Positions 1-9,629 of a stretch of 64,000 nt of DNA are shown piece after piece (positions within the stretch are counted from its first letter, which is position 1; every line of letters starts with the position of its first letter). Both the position numbers and the translations under genes were made by a program. The notes below the pieces were generated by a model. It was not told the DNA's origin. It made no database searches and saw only the letters and a program-made list of their open reading frames with translations. The stretch lies in NCBI GenBank assembly GCA_963765575.1, contig CAVXWZ010000002.1, positions 608,001-672,000 on the forward strand, read 5' to 3'. The stretch comes from an uncultured cyanobacterium (GTDB lineage: Bacteria > Cyanobacteriota > Cyanobacteriia > PCC-6307 > Cyanobiaceae).

Positions 1-857
1 GTCTCCACCGCCGCGGCCACGTTGATGCCCACCGAGCCGCCCATGAACAGGCCCTCGCGCCAGAGCAGCTGATAGATCGTGTCGAGGGCGGCCTGGTCGG
101 CGACGCGCACGGCATCGTCGATCGGTGCGCCCTCAAGGTTGGCGGTGATGCGGCTGTTGCCGATGCCCTCGGTCACCGAGTTGCCCTCGCTGGCCAGGTC
201 GCCAGTCTGCGCCCAGCTGTAGAGAGCACTGCCGTGGGGGTCGGCGAGCACGCAGCGCACCCGCGGGTCGCGCTCCTTGAGAAACAGCGCCACGCCGGCG
301 TAGGTGCCGCCGGTGCCGGTGGCCGCCACCCAGGCGTCCACCCGGCCGCCGGTCTGTTCCCAGATCTCCGGCCCGGTGCTGCCGTAGTGGGCGCGGCGAT
401 TGGCCAGGTTGTCGAACTGGTTGGCCCAGACGGCGCCGGGGGTCTCGGCGGCGATGCGACCCGAGAGCCTCACGTAGTTGTTGGGGTCGCGGTAGGGCAC
501 GGCGGGCACCGTGCGCACCTCCGCCCCGAGGCTGCGCAGCAGGCCGATCTTTTCCGCCGACTGGGTGTCGGGGATGACGATCAGGGCGCGGTAGCCGCGG
601 GCGTTGCAGAGGTGGGTGAGGCCGATGCCGGTGTTGCCGGCGGTGCCCTCCACCACGGTGCCGCCGGGCCGCAACAGACCGTCCCGTTCCGCCTCCAGCA
701 GGATGCCGAGGGCCGCCCGGTCCTTGACCGAGCCACCGGGATTCATGAATTCGGCCTTGCCGAGGATCTCGCAGCCGGTGAGCTCAGACAGGAGCCGCAG
801 GCGGATCAGCGGTGTACGGCCCACCGCGCCGTCAAACCCCTTGCTGATCCCATCCAT
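1..857 (-). CDS. cysK: Cysteine synthase A (O-acetylserine sulfhydrylase), 3' end truncated by the window edge
   Basis: Manual minus-strand translation from ATG 857: MDGISKGFDGAVGRTPLIRL...KAEFMNPGGSVKDRAA (PLP lysine motif), EGTAGNTGIGL, NQFDN, GTGGT. Absent from the ORF track because it runs off the window. Confidence 0.92.
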   Translation of the reverse strand, partial: MDGISKGFDGAVGRTPLIRLRLLSELTGCEILGKAEFMNPGGSVKDRAALGILLEAERDGLLRPGGTVVEGTAGNTGIGLTHLCNARGYRALIVIPDTQSAEKIGLLRSLGAEVRTVPAVPYRDPNNYVRLSGRIAAETPGAVWANQFDNLANRRAHYGSTGPEIWEQTGGRVDAWVAATGTGGTYAGVALFLKERDPRVRCVLADPHGSALYSWAQTGDLASEGNSVTEGIGNSRITANLEGAPIDDAVRVADQAALDTIYQLLWREGLFMGGSVGINVAAAVE

Positions 858-924
858 CGTGCCTCGGCCGCGTGGCGGGATCGTAGGCAAGCTCCCTATG
901 GTCGGGCCTGAGCCCGGCGATGCC

Positions 925-2343
925 ATGAGCAGCGGCCTGCTGAACGGGACCGACCTGGGCGACGCGACTCCCCGCCAAGCCAGGCCCCCACACGCGGCTG
1001 ACGCGCCTGCCCCCGCCGGCCCCTTGGCCCCCCCTGCCAGCCTGGCGGCGCGCCTGGCCAGCGTGCGCGGCCACAGCCTGGCGCTGATCGCCCCCCTCGA
1101 ACCCGAGGATCTCTGCCTGCAGGGCATGGCCGACGCCAGCCCGCCGAAGTGGCACCTGGGCCACACCACCTGGTTCTTCGAGCAATTTGTGCTCAAGCCC
1201 CAGCTGCAGGCGGGGCTGCCCCTGGCCTACAAGCCCGCTCCCGAAGCCTGGGGGTATCTGTTCAACAGCTATTACGACGCCGTTGGGGAACGCCACCCCC
1301 GCCCCCAGCGGGGTCTGCTGAGCCGGCCGCCGATCGCCGAGCTGCTGGCCTGGCGCCGGCGGGTGGATGCCGCCCTGGTGCGGCTGCAGGAGCTGCTGGA
1401 GCAGGTCCCCCCCGCCCGGGCCGCGGCAGTTCGGGCCCTGCTGGAGCTGGGCCTGCAACACGAGCAGCAGCACCAGGAACTGCTGCTGATGGACCTGCTG
1501 GATGGCTTCAGCCGCAACCCCCTGGCCCCGGCCTACGACTGCCGCGCTGAGGGCCCTGGCGCCGAGGGCCCCGAGGCGCTCTGGCTACGGCGGCTCAGCG
1601 GCGGCGACCCCGTCAGCGCTCCAGGCAGCGATCACCACACCCAGGCCAGTGCCTGGCTGGACTGGGACGGGGGCCTGGTGGCGATTGGTCACCCGGCCGG
1701 CGGCGGCTTCCACTTCGACAACGAGGAGCCCAGCCACCGCCACTGGCTGGAGCCCTTCCGCCTGGCCCGGGGGCTGGTGAGCAACGGCGACTACGCCGCC
1801 TTCATCGCCGACGGCGGCTACGGCCGGCCGGAGCTGTGGATGAGCGAGGGCTGGGCCGTGTGCCAGGAGCGGGGCTGGCGGGCGCCGCGCTACTGGCGTG
1901 GACAGGACGAATTCACCCTGGCGGGCCTGCGGCCCCGGCAGCCCAAGGCACCGGTGCGGCATCTGAGCTGGTTCGAGGCCGACGCCTATGCCCGCTGGGC
2001 CGGAGCCCGGCTCCCCAGCGAGGCCGAATGGGAGCTGGCGGCGGGCCTGCAGGCAGCCGCCGGCGGCCTGCCCCAGGCGTTCGGGCTGGTGTGGCAGTGG
2101 ACCGGCAGCCCCTACCGTCCCTACCCCGGCTTCCAACCGGCCGCCGGCGCCGTGGGGGAATACAACGGCAAGTTCATGAGCTCCCAGTTCGTGCTGCGCG
2201 GCAGCGCCTTCCTCACCCCGCCGGGCCACGCGCGCCACACCTACCGCAATTTCTTTCCGCCCGCCTGCCGCTGGATGGCGGCCGGGCTGCGGCTGGCCCG
2301 GGACGGCCAGCCCCCGCTCAGCGATCCGTTCTCCCTGCCATGA
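925..2343 (+). CDS. egtB: Ergothioneine biosynthesis sulfoxide synthase EgtB (DinB-like plus FGE-sulfatase domains)
   Basis: Motifs DASPPKWHLGHTTWFFE, FNSYY, GLQHEQQHQELLLMD (Fe-binding His), GEYNGKFM, YRNFF. Start taken at ATG 925; the ORF-track extension upstream overlaps cysK. Confidence 0.92.
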   Translation: MSSGLLNGTDLGDATPRQARPPHAADAPAPAGPLAPPASLAARLASVRGHSLALIAPLEPEDLCLQGMADASPPKWHLGHTTWFFEQFVLKPQLQAGLPLAYKPAPEAWGYLFNSYYDAVGERHPRPQRGLLSRPPIAELLAWRRRVDAALVRLQELLEQVPPARAAAVRALLELGLQHEQQHQELLLMDLLDGFSRNPLAPAYDCRAEGPGAEGPEALWLRRLSGGDPVSAPGSDHHTQASAWLDWDGGLVAIGHPAGGGFHFDNEEPSHRHWLEPFRLARGLVSNGDYAAFIADGGYGRPELWMSEGWAVCQERGWRAPRYWRGQDEFTLAGLRPRQPKAPVRHLSWFEADAYARWAGARLPSEAEWELAAGLQAAAGGLPQAFGLVWQWTGSPYRPYPGFQPAAGAVGEYNGKFMSSQFVLRGSAFLTPPGHARHTYRNFFPPACRWMAAGLRLARDGQPPLSDPFSLP

Positions 2344-3323
2344 ACCTCACCGCCCACCGTCCCCGGCTGATCGACCTGCATCCGGCCCCAGCCGACATCC
2401 GCGCCCTGGTGCGGGCCGGCATGGAGCAACGGCCGCGGCAGCTGCCCGCCTGGCTGCTCTACGACGCCGAGGGGTCGCGGCTGTTCGAGGCGATCTGCGA
2501 GCAGCCCGAGTACAGCCTCACCCGCACGGAGGTGGCCCTGCTGGAGGGGCAGGGGGAGGCGATCGCGGCGGCCATCGGCGAGCCGGCCCCGGTGGTGCTG
2601 GAATTCGGCGCCGGCAATGCCCGCAAGGCCGGCCCCCTGCTGCGGGCCCTGCAGCCGAGCGCCTACCTGGCCCTGGACATCAGCCGCAGCGCCCTGGAGG
2701 CCACCTGCGCGGCGCTGCAGGCCAGCCATCCCGCCACCCGGGTGCTGGGGGTGTGCTGCGATTACAACGCCCAGCCGGCGCTGCCGGAGCTCGCCGAGCT
2801 GGCGGGTCGCCGCCGCCTGGGGTTCTACCCCGGCAGCTCGCTGGGCAACTTCGACCCCGCCGAGGCCCGCGCGATGCTGGGACAATTCCGGCGCCTGCTG
2901 GGGCCCGGCGGGCTGCTGCTGATCGGCATCGACCAGCCCAAGGCCGTGCAGCGCCTGGAGGCCGCCTACAACGACGCCGCCGGCGCCTCGGCGGCCTTCG
3001 CCCGCAATCTCCTGGTGCGCCTCAATCGCGATCTGGAGGGCGACTTCGACCCGGCCGGCTTCCGCTACCGGGCCCGCTGGCAGCCCCAGCACAGCCGCAT
3101 CGTCATGGCCCTGGTGAGCGAGCGGCCCCAGACGGTGCGGCTGGCGGGGGGCCACTGGACCTTCGCCGCCGGCGAGGAGCTGATCACCGAAGTGAGCATC
3201 AAGTACACACCGGAGGCTTTTCTGCAGCTGGCCGGGGCGGCCGGCTGGCAGCCCCACCAGCGCTGGAGCGACCCGGCCGGCGATCTGTCCCTGCATCTCC
3301 TGGGCCAGGCAGACTCCACCTGA
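2340..3323 (+). CDS. egtD: L-histidine N-alpha-trimethyltransferase EgtD
   Basis: Motifs LYDAEGSRLFEAICEQPEYSLTRTE, EFGAGNARK, GSSLGNF, AAYNDAAG, ITEVSIKY. ATGA overlap with the egtB stop. Confidence 0.93.
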   Translation: MNLTAHRPRLIDLHPAPADIRALVRAGMEQRPRQLPAWLLYDAEGSRLFEAICEQPEYSLTRTEVALLEGQGEAIAAAIGEPAPVVLEFGAGNARKAGPLLRALQPSAYLALDISRSALEATCAALQASHPATRVLGVCCDYNAQPALPELAELAGRRRLGFYPGSSLGNFDPAEARAMLGQFRRLLGPGGLLLIGIDQPKAVQRLEAAYNDAAGASAAFARNLLVRLNRDLEGDFDPAGFRYRARWQPQHSRIVMALVSERPQTVRLAGGHWTFAAGEELITEVSIKYTPEAFLQLAGAAGWQPHQRWSDPAGDLSLHLLGQADST

Positions 3324-3341
3324 GCTCTGCCGATCGCCACC

Positions 3342-3578
3342 ATGTCCAGGGAAGCCCAGCGCCAGGCCGTGCGCGCCCTGCGCGAAGGCCTGATCAGCGA
3401 ACTGGAGGATCTCTATGCCGCCAGCTTCGAAAAACTGGCCGGCCAGGACCTGGGGGAGGGCGGCATCGCCCGCCTCACCCAGCTGCTGCTGCGCTCACGC
3501 GAGGCCGCAATCACCCCCCTGCAGCAGGAGATCGAGGCGCCGCTGATCACCAGCGCCCCGGCACATCCCGAGCCATGA
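3342..3578 (+). CDS. Small cyanobacterial protein co-occurring with egtBD (hercynine metabolism small protein)
   Basis: 78-aa helical ORF (…GEGGIARLTQLLLRSREAAITPLQQEIE) immediately after egtD; its stop overlaps the next ATG. Family recognised from memory. Confidence 0.75.
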   Translation: MSREAQRQAVRALREGLISELEDLYAASFEKLAGQDLGEGGIARLTQLLLRSREAAITPLQQEIEAPLITSAPAHPEP

Positions 3579-4093
3579 CCGCCAGTGACTGGTTCAGCCG
3601 GCTGGAGCAACAGCTCGAGCAGCAGCTGGAGTCGTTCCTGCGCGCCAACCCCGAGCAGGAGCAGCTGCTGCACCAGCAGGAGCACAAGGAACGGCAGCAG
3701 CGTCTGCGCCGCCGCCGCCTCGAGCTGCAGACCAGCGCCGAGCAGAGCCGGGCAGAACTGCTGCAGCTGGCCGGCGAGATCGGCGAGTGGCAGCGGCGGG
3801 TGGAGCGGGCCCGCGCCGCCGGCGCCGACGCGCTGGCGGCGCGGGCCGAGCTGCACGTGGCCAAACTGAGCGCCCGCGGCCGCGACCGCTGGCAGGCCCT
3901 GGCCGAACTGGGCGTGGCCTTCCGCCAGCTGGAGGCCGACCTGAGCGCCCCGGCGGAGCCTGGGAACGCGGCCGGCGCCGATGCCGGGGCCGCGAACGGT
4001 GCGCCGGCCGATCCCAGGGTCGATCTGGATCAGGCCTGGGCCGACTTCGAAGACCAGCAGGAACTGGAGCGGCTGCGCCGCAACCAGGGCTGA
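3575..4093 (+). CDS. Coiled-coil hercynine metabolism protein (PspA/Vipp1-like appearance)
   Basis: ATGA-coupled; MTASDWFSRLEQQLEQQLESFLRANPEQ…EIGEWQRRVERARAAGADALAARAE…LDQAWADFEDQQELERLRR. Confidence 0.75.
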   Translation: MTASDWFSRLEQQLEQQLESFLRANPEQEQLLHQQEHKERQQRLRRRRLELQTSAEQSRAELLQLAGEIGEWQRRVERARAAGADALAARAELHVAKLSARGRDRWQALAELGVAFRQLEADLSAPAEPGNAAGADAGAANGAPADPRVDLDQAWADFEDQQELERLRRNQG

Positions 4094-4124
4094 GCCCGCC
4101 CACGCCACCGCCAGCCGCTCACCG

Positions 4125-4934
4125 ATGGGTTTCCTGCTCTCCAAACTGCTGCCGCTGCTGCTCTATCCCCTGGGGCTCGGCCTGGGACTGGGACTGGCGG
4201 GACTGCTGGGCCGGCGCCGCCGCTGGGGGCCGTGGCTGGGCGGCGCCGGCCTGGGGCTGATCTGGCTGTTCGCCCTGCCGCTCACCAGCCGGCAGCTGAT
4301 CTGGGGGCTGGAGGAGCGCGCCCTGGCCCTCACACCGGCGGAGATTCCCGTGGCTGACGCGGTGGTGGTGCTGGGGGGCGGGCTGCGGCCGCCGCTGCCG
4401 CCGCGCCGCGCGGTGGAGGTGGCCGAAGGCGGCGACCGGCTGCTCACCGGCCTGCGACTGCTGCGCCAGCAGCGGGCCCCGCTGCTGGTGACCAGCGGCG
4501 GCTGGGTGAGCTTCACCAGCGGCGATCCGGGTCTGCCGGAGGCCATCTGGGCCCGGGATCTGGCCGAGGAGCTGGGGGTGCCCCCCGAGCGCATCCTGCT
4601 CAACCCGGGCTCACGGAACACCGCCGAGGAGGCCCGCGACATCGGTGCCCTGGGCCGGCGGCGCAACTGGCGGCGCATCCTGCTGGTCACCAGCGCCTAC
4701 CACCTGCCCCGCTCGCTGGAGAGCTTTCAGCGGCACAGCGGCCTGGAGGTGATTCCGGTGGCCTGCGACTTCCAGCTGCCGGACCGCAACCGTTTCGGCG
4801 ATCCCACCGCGGCCAGCCTGGCCCAGGATCTGCTGCCCAGCGCCCAGGCCCTCGAGCTGAGCAGCGTGGCAATCAAGGAGCACCTGGGCACGATCACCTA
4901 CACGCTCCGCGACCGGCTGCCAGGCGGGAGCTGA
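4125..4934 (+). CDS. YdcF/ElyC/SanA (DUF218) family membrane protein
   Basis: N-terminal TM segments, then VVVLGGG, LVTSGG, SRNTAEEA, LLVTSAYHLPRS motifs. Confidence 0.85.
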   Translation: MGFLLSKLLPLLLYPLGLGLGLGLAGLLGRRRRWGPWLGGAGLGLIWLFALPLTSRQLIWGLEERALALTPAEIPVADAVVVLGGGLRPPLPPRRAVEVAEGGDRLLTGLRLLRQQRAPLLVTSGGWVSFTSGDPGLPEAIWARDLAEELGVPPERILLNPGSRNTAEEARDIGALGRRRNWRRILLVTSAYHLPRSLESFQRHSGLEVIPVACDFQLPDRNRFGDPTAASLAQDLLPSAQALELSSVAIKEHLGTITYTLRDRLPGGS

Positions 4935-4969
4935 GTGCCGTTCAGGGCTGCTGAGTGCCGTTCAGGGCT
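4930..4969. repeat. 20-bp tandem duplication GCTGAGTGCCGTTCAGGGCT x2
   Basis: Read directly; it spans the stop codons of two convergent genes. Confidence 0.9.
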
Positions 4970-5225
4970 TCGGGGCCGGCGGCACCAGGCTGACGCCCTC
5001 GGGTGGCGGGGTGGGATCGGGATCGGCGATCAGCATGTGCTGCAGCACGATCTCCGGCCGCTCACTGTCCCGCCAGCGGATGCGGTAAGCCGGCATCTTC
5101 GTGCCCCGGCTCGTGGTCTGCTCCACGGGCTCCATCACCCAGCCGCGACGCGAGCGGCCCTGGGGGTTGCGCTTCACGACCGCATCCGCATGTTGGAAGC
5201 GAAAACCAACGCGCTCGCCACTCAT
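4962..5225 (-). CDS. Conserved hypothetical picocyanobacterial protein (87 aa)
   Basis: Clean ORF downstream of lysS with protein-like composition (MSGERVGFRFQHADAVVKRNPQGRSRRGWV…AYRIRWRDSERPE). Confidence 0.75.
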   Translation of the reverse strand: MSGERVGFRFQHADAVVKRNPQGRSRRGWVMEPVEQTTSRGTKMPAYRIRWRDSERPEIVLQHMLIADPDPTPPPEGVSLVPPAPKP

Positions 5226-5296
5226 GAAATCGTTGCCCCTGCTGGGGAGATCGGCTACCTGAGCAATTATCCCATTGCGCCCTCTCGGGCCTCGCT

Positions 5297-6793
5297 TCAG
5301 GCCTCCGGGCGGAGCAGCGGAAAGGCAATCACATCGCGGATCGAGGCGCTGTCGGTGAGCAGCATCGCCAGCCGATCGATGCCGATGCCCAGGCCGCCGC
5401 AGGGCGGCATGCCCACCTCCAGGGCATGGAGGAAGTCCTCGTCCACCCCCTGGGCCTCGAGATCACCGGCGGCCCGGCGCTGCTGCTGCGCCTCAAGGCG
5501 GCGGCGCTGCTCCACCGGATCGATCAGCTCGCTGAAGGCATTGGCGGTCTCGCGGCCCACGATGAACAGCTCGAAGCGCTCCACCAGACCGGGCTTGCTG
5601 CGGTGGGACCGGGCCAGCGGCGAATTCTCCAGCGGGTAATCGAGCACGAAGGTGGGCTGCACCAGGGTGTCCTCCACCCGTTGCTCGAAGGCCTCCACCA
5701 GCAGGCGGCCCACCGAATCGGCCAGGGCTGGCACCTCCAGGCCCTGGTCGGCCATGGCGGCGGCGGCTTGCTCACGACTGGCGAAGGTGTCGAAATCGAG
5801 GCCGGTGGCCTGCTGCACCAGCTCATGCATCGTCGCCCGACGCCAGGGGGGCGTGAGGTCGATGGCGGTGTCCTGGTAGGTGATCGTGGTGGCACCGCAC
5901 ACCTGGCGGCAGACCGCGGCGATCAGCTCCTCGGTGAGGACCATCATGTCGGTGTAGTCCGCGTAGGCCTGGTAGACCTCCACGGAGGTGAACTCGGGGT
6001 TGTGGCGGGTGCTCACCCCCTCGTTGCGGAAGATCCGCCCCAGTTCGTAGACGCGCTCAAAGCCCCCCACCACCAGCCGCTTGAGGTGCAGCTCGGTGGC
6101 GATGCGCAGCGTGAGCGGCAGATCGAGGGTGTTGTGGTGGGTTTCGAAGGGACGGGCATCGGCGCCACCGCTCACCGTCTGCAACACCGGGGTCTCGATC
6201 TCCAGGAAGCCCCGCTCGTCGAGCCAGCGGCGCATGCCACTCACCAGCAGGGCCCGTTTGCGAAAGGTGTCGCGGGTGTGGGGGGAAACGATCAGGTCGA
6301 GGTAGCGCTGGCGGTAGCGCTTCTCCACGTCTGCCAGGCCGTGCCACTTGTCCGGCAGCGGCTGGAGCGCCTTGCTGAGCATCTGCCAGCCCGTCACCTT
6401 CACCGACAGCTCACCGCGATCGGTGCGCCGGAGGGTGCCGCTCACCCCGATCAGGTCGCCCGCATCCACCAGGGTGGTGAGCTGGGCGAAGGCACCGGGC
6501 GCCGGGGCCTCGGGGTTGGCCGCCTGGAGGGTGGCTTTCTCGAGAAACAGCTGGATCGGGCCGCTCTCATCCACCAGGGTGAAGAAGGCCAACTTGCCCA
6601 TCACCCGCCGGGTCATCACCCGCCCGGCCACGGCCACGGCCACGTCGCGCTCTTGGCCGTTGGCCAGGTCGCCATGGGCGGCCTGCAGCTCGGCGGTGCG
6701 GTGGCTGGCCTCGAAGCGCAGGGCGTAGGGGCCCTGGCCGAGCCGCGCCAGGGCAGCGGCTTTCTCCAGACGGGTATCGCGCAGCTCCGACAC
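5297..6793 (-). CDS. lysS: Lysine--tRNA ligase (class II)
   Basis: [17 protein letters not shown], motif 2 [15 protein letters not shown], motif 3 [22 protein letters not shown] start. Confidence 0.98.
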   Translation of the reverse strand: MSELRDTRLEKAAALARLGQGPYALRFEASHRTAELQAAHGDLANGQERDVAVAVAGRVMTRRVMGKLAFFTLVDESGPIQLFLEKATLQAANPEAPAPGAFAQLTTLVDAGDLIGVSGTLRRTDRGELSVKVTGWQMLSKALQPLPDKWHGLADVEKRYRQRYLDLIVSPHTRDTFRKRALLVSGMRRWLDERGFLEIETPVLQTVSGGADARPFETHHNTLDLPLTLRIATELHLKRLVVGGFERVYELGRIFRNEGVSTRHNPEFTSVEVYQAYADYTDMMVLTEELIAAVCRQVCGATTITYQDTAIDLTPPWRRATMHELVQQATGLDFDTFASREQAAAAMADQGLEVPALADSVGRLLVEAFEQRVEDTLVQPTFVLDYPLENSPLARSHRSKPGLVERFELFIVGRETANAFSELIDPVEQRRRLEAQQQRRAAGDLEAQGVDEDFLHALEVGMPPCGGLGIGIDRLAMLLTDSASIRDVIAFPLLRPEA

Positions 6794-6854
6794 GGGGGCG
6801 GGGAGGATTCAGCAGGCAGCCATCCTGCAGGACAGGCACCCGGTGCCCGAGCGT

Positions 6855-7634
6855 TCAGCCGGCGGCGACCATGCCGCCATCCCCCAGCCGCTGGGAGGCG
6901 TACCCGGTGCCGCGCACGGTGAGGATCAGCTCCGGGTTGCGCGGATCGGGCTCAAGCTTGCCCCGCAGCCGGGCCACATACACGTCCACCACCCGCAGGT
7001 CAGCGGCGCGGCGGGGTGGGTAGCCCCAGAGCTGCTCGAGGATCTCGGCCCGCGGCACCACCCGGCCGGGGTCGCGGAACAGCAGCTCCAGCAGGCTGAA
7101 CTCGGTGTAGGTCAGGGCGATGCGGTCGCCGTCGCGGGTGACCTGGCGGCGGTTGGTGTCCACCACCAGATCCCCCACCCGCAACACACCATTGCCGGAG
7201 GGCAGCTCGCGCGGCTCGCTGGTGGCCGAACCGCGGCCCACCCGGCGCAGGATGGTGGCGATGCGGGCTTCCAGCTCCTTGGGGCTGAAGGGCTTGGGCA
7301 GGAAGTCGTCGGCGCCCAGATCCAGGCCCGAAACCCGCTCGGCGATGGCATCGAGGGCCGAGAGAAAAATGATCGGCACGCAGGATTCGGCCCGCAGCCG
7401 GCGACAGACGGCGAAGCCGTCGAGCCGGGGCATCATCACGTCGAGCACCACCAGGTCGGGCTGCTCCTGGTGGAAGAGAGTGATGGCCTCCTCGCCGTCT
7501 TCGGCGCACACAACCCGGTATCCGGCCAGCTGCAGACGCATCAGCAGCACCCGTCGTACCGCGGCCTCGTCGTCGACCACCAGCACCGTGGCCTTGGGAT
7601 CGGCCGGCTGGGTCGACCTGTCCGCCGAGGGCAT
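6855..7634 (-). CDS. OmpR-family response regulator of the RpaB/SrrA group
   Basis: Receiver domain (VLVVDDE, LDVMMP, KPFSPKELEARI) and winged helix (RVVDVYVARLRGKLEPDPRNPELILTVRGTGY). The position next to lysS suggests the SrrA paralogue rather than RpaB itself (inference). Confidence 0.85.
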   Translation of the reverse strand: MPSADRSTQPADPKATVLVVDDEAAVRRVLLMRLQLAGYRVVCAEDGEEAITLFHQEQPDLVVLDVMMPRLDGFAVCRRLRAESCVPIIFLSALDAIAERVSGLDLGADDFLPKPFSPKELEARIATILRRVGRGSATSEPRELPSGNGVLRVGDLVVDTNRRQVTRDGDRIALTYTEFSLLELLFRDPGRVVPRAEILEQLWGYPPRRAADLRVVDVYVARLRGKLEPDPRNPELILTVRGTGYASQRLGDGGMVAAG

Positions 7635-7776
7635 GGGCAAGGCACCAACGGTGTGAAGTTTCGCAACCCTACCGTTCGATCGATCACCCGAGCCTGCATC
7701 CGAAGGCACGGGCGCCACGGAAGCGGGCAGATTTAAGAATGTTTTCCAGAGCGGTCGCCGTGGTGGCCGGCGCCGC

Positions 7777-9129
7777 TCAGGGCCAGCGCGCCTCGGCGTA
7801 GCGGTTCCACTCCCGCTCCGCCTCCGCCAGGGCCCGGTCGCTGTCCACCTGGCCGAGCATCGCCCGCTGCAGCTGGGTGTACACGATGGCCTGCAGGCGC
7901 TTGATGCCCGGAATGGCCGGCACCAGCACCCGGGCGCGCTGCAGGGTGCGGGCCGAGAGCAGGCGCGCCTGCTCCACCAGCTGGTTGGCCGCATCCCCGG
8001 CGGCGGGCTGGGCCAGGGCGGCCTCCAGCTGGCTGAGGGCCTGGCGGGAGGAGGGCAGCACCCGGGCCTCCTCGGCGAAGGCCAGCTGGTTGGCGGCATT
8101 GGTGAGAAACAGCCCGAAGCTCACCGCCTCGGCGGCCATGGCGCTCTGGCGCGGCACCACCAGGTTCATCACCGCGACGTTGGCGGCGCCGTCATCGCCA
8201 CGGATCGGCGGGAAGGGGGCGGTGTCGCGGGCAATGCCCGGGGCGTTCGTCTGCAGGTTGCGCAGGAAGTCCGGGCCCGTGGCCACCAGGGCCAGATCGC
8301 CGGCCTGGTAGAGCTCCACGGCCCGGCGGAAGCCCTGGCTCACCACCTCCCGCGGCAGCAGCCCGCGGCGGTAGAGCTCACTCCAGAACCGGAAGGCCTC
8401 ACGCCCGGCAGGGCTGTTGAAGGCGGCCCGGCGGCGCCCGTCCAGCAGCTGCACCCCCATCTGCACCAGGGTCTCCAGCATCTCGGCGGAGTCGTCCGGC
8501 ACCACGGTCACGAACAGGGCGTAGCGGCCGGTGCGGCGCCGCACCGCCTCCGCCCAGGCCGGCACCTCCCGCCAGCGCTGCGGCGGGGCCGTGCTGCCGG
8601 CCTCCTGCAGCAGCCGGCGGTTGGCCATGCTGATGCGGGCGGTGAGATACCAGGGAATGGCGAACTGGGACCCGTCCTGGCCGCCCGCCGCCCAGATGGC
8701 CGGCAGGTAGCTCTGGGCGGCCTCGGCGCTGACCAGCGGGGTCAGATCCAGCAGCCCGCCCTTGCTGGCCAGATTGGCGGCGAAGGGCGGGTTGAGATTC
8801 ACCAGGTCGGGGGCGGTGCGGGCGAACACCGAGGCCAGCAGCTTGCGCTCCACCGATCCCCAGGGCACATCGGTCCAGCGCACCGTCTCGGCCGGGTTGG
8901 CGCTCTCCCAGGCGGCCATGACCCCGCCCAGGTAGTCGTTGAACCGGGGGGCCAGGTCGAGGGTCCAGAGGTTGAGCTCCCGGCGGCCATCGCCCGGGCC
9001 GCCCCGCCGCCCGCAGGCGGCCACCGCGGCCGAGCCCCCCGCTGTGGCCAGCAGGCGCAGCAGCCGCCGGCGGGACATCGGGTTGCTGGCCATCGGATCG
9101 CTCGCCATCGGGTCGCTGGGCATCGTCAT
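7777..9129 (-). CDS. ABC transporter sugar-binding lipoprotein
   Basis: SRRRLLRLLA…AVAAC (Tat-like signal plus lipobox), WTDVPWGSVERKLLA, PDLVNLNPPFA, AIPWYL. Start is ambiguous among several ATGs (9078-9129). Confidence 0.85.
   Translation of the reverse strand: MTMPSDPMASDPMASNPMSRRRLLRLLATAGGSAAVAACGRRGGPGDGRRELNLWTLDLAPRFNDYLGGVMAAWESANPAETVRWTDVPWGSVERKLLASVFARTAPDLVNLNPPFAANLASKGGLLDLTPLVSAEAAQSYLPAIWAAGGQDGSQFAIPWYLTARISMANRRLLQEAGSTAPPQRWREVPAWAEAVRRRTGRYALFVTVVPDDSAEMLETLVQMGVQLLDGRRRAAFNSPAGREAFRFWSELYRRGLLPREVVSQGFRRAVELYQAGDLALVATGPDFLRNLQTNAPGIARDTAPFPPIRGDDGAANVAVMNLVVPRQSAMAAEAVSFGLFLTNAANQLAFAEEARVLPSSRQALSQLEAALAQPAAGDAANQLVEQARLLSARTLQRARVLVPAIPGIKRLQAIVYTQLQRAMLGQVDSDRALAEAEREWNRYAEARWP
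9076..9123 (-). repeat. Imperfect 15-bp tandem repeat encoding MPSDP-MASDP-MASNP-M
   Basis: CAT (ATG on minus) recurs at 9076, 9091, 9106 and 9121, i.e. every 15 bp. Confidence 0.8.
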
Positions 9130-9629
9130 CAGCTGCGCAGTCCCGGCGCCAGCTGGCGCCAGAGCAGCAGTTGCAGCGAACACAGCATCGGCGCCAGCAG
9201 ACCGGTGAGCAGGGTCTGGGCCAGCAGGGTGTGCAGGACGGCGGCACTGGCCAGGCCCAGCCAGAGCTGCTGCAGGGCCAGCGAAGCCCCCAGCAGGGCG
9301 CTGCCCAGCAGGGCCAGCAGGCCGAGGTTGAAGCTGCGTTCGATCGGCGGTCCCCGCCGCCCCAGCCGTCCCCACCACCAGCCCAGCAGGGCCAGGGCGG
9401 GAATCTGGGTGAGCGGGCCGGGATGGAGGCCGTCGAGCAGCAGCCCCAGCACGACCCCCAGCAGCAACCCGGAGAGGGGCCCATCCACCAGCGCCCAGGG
9501 CAGCAGCCAGAGCACCGCCCAGCTCGGGGGCACCCCGGCCAGCTTCAGGGGCGCCGGAGCGGCGAGCACCAGCAAGGGCACCGCCAGCACGGTGACCAGG
9601 GTCCAGCGCTGGCGCGCCAGGCCGCTCAC
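9129..9629 (-). CDS. mreD: Rod shape-determining protein MreD
   Basis: Hydrophobic 166-aa protein (GVPPSWAVLWLLPWAL) directly after mreC. Confidence 0.88.
   Translation of the reverse strand: MSGLARQRWTLVTVLAVPLLVLAAPAPLKLAGVPPSWAVLWLLPWALVDGPLSGLLLGVVLGLLLDGLHPGPLTQIPALALLGWWWGRLGRRGPPIERSFNLGLLALLGSALLGASLALQQLWLGLASAAVLHTLLAQTLLTGLLAPMLCSLQLLLWRQLAPGLRS

Noticed and set aside
925..2343. Selenoneine synthase SenA rather than EgtB
   Set aside because: It is coupled to egtD, and no senB or selD-like gene is in the window.
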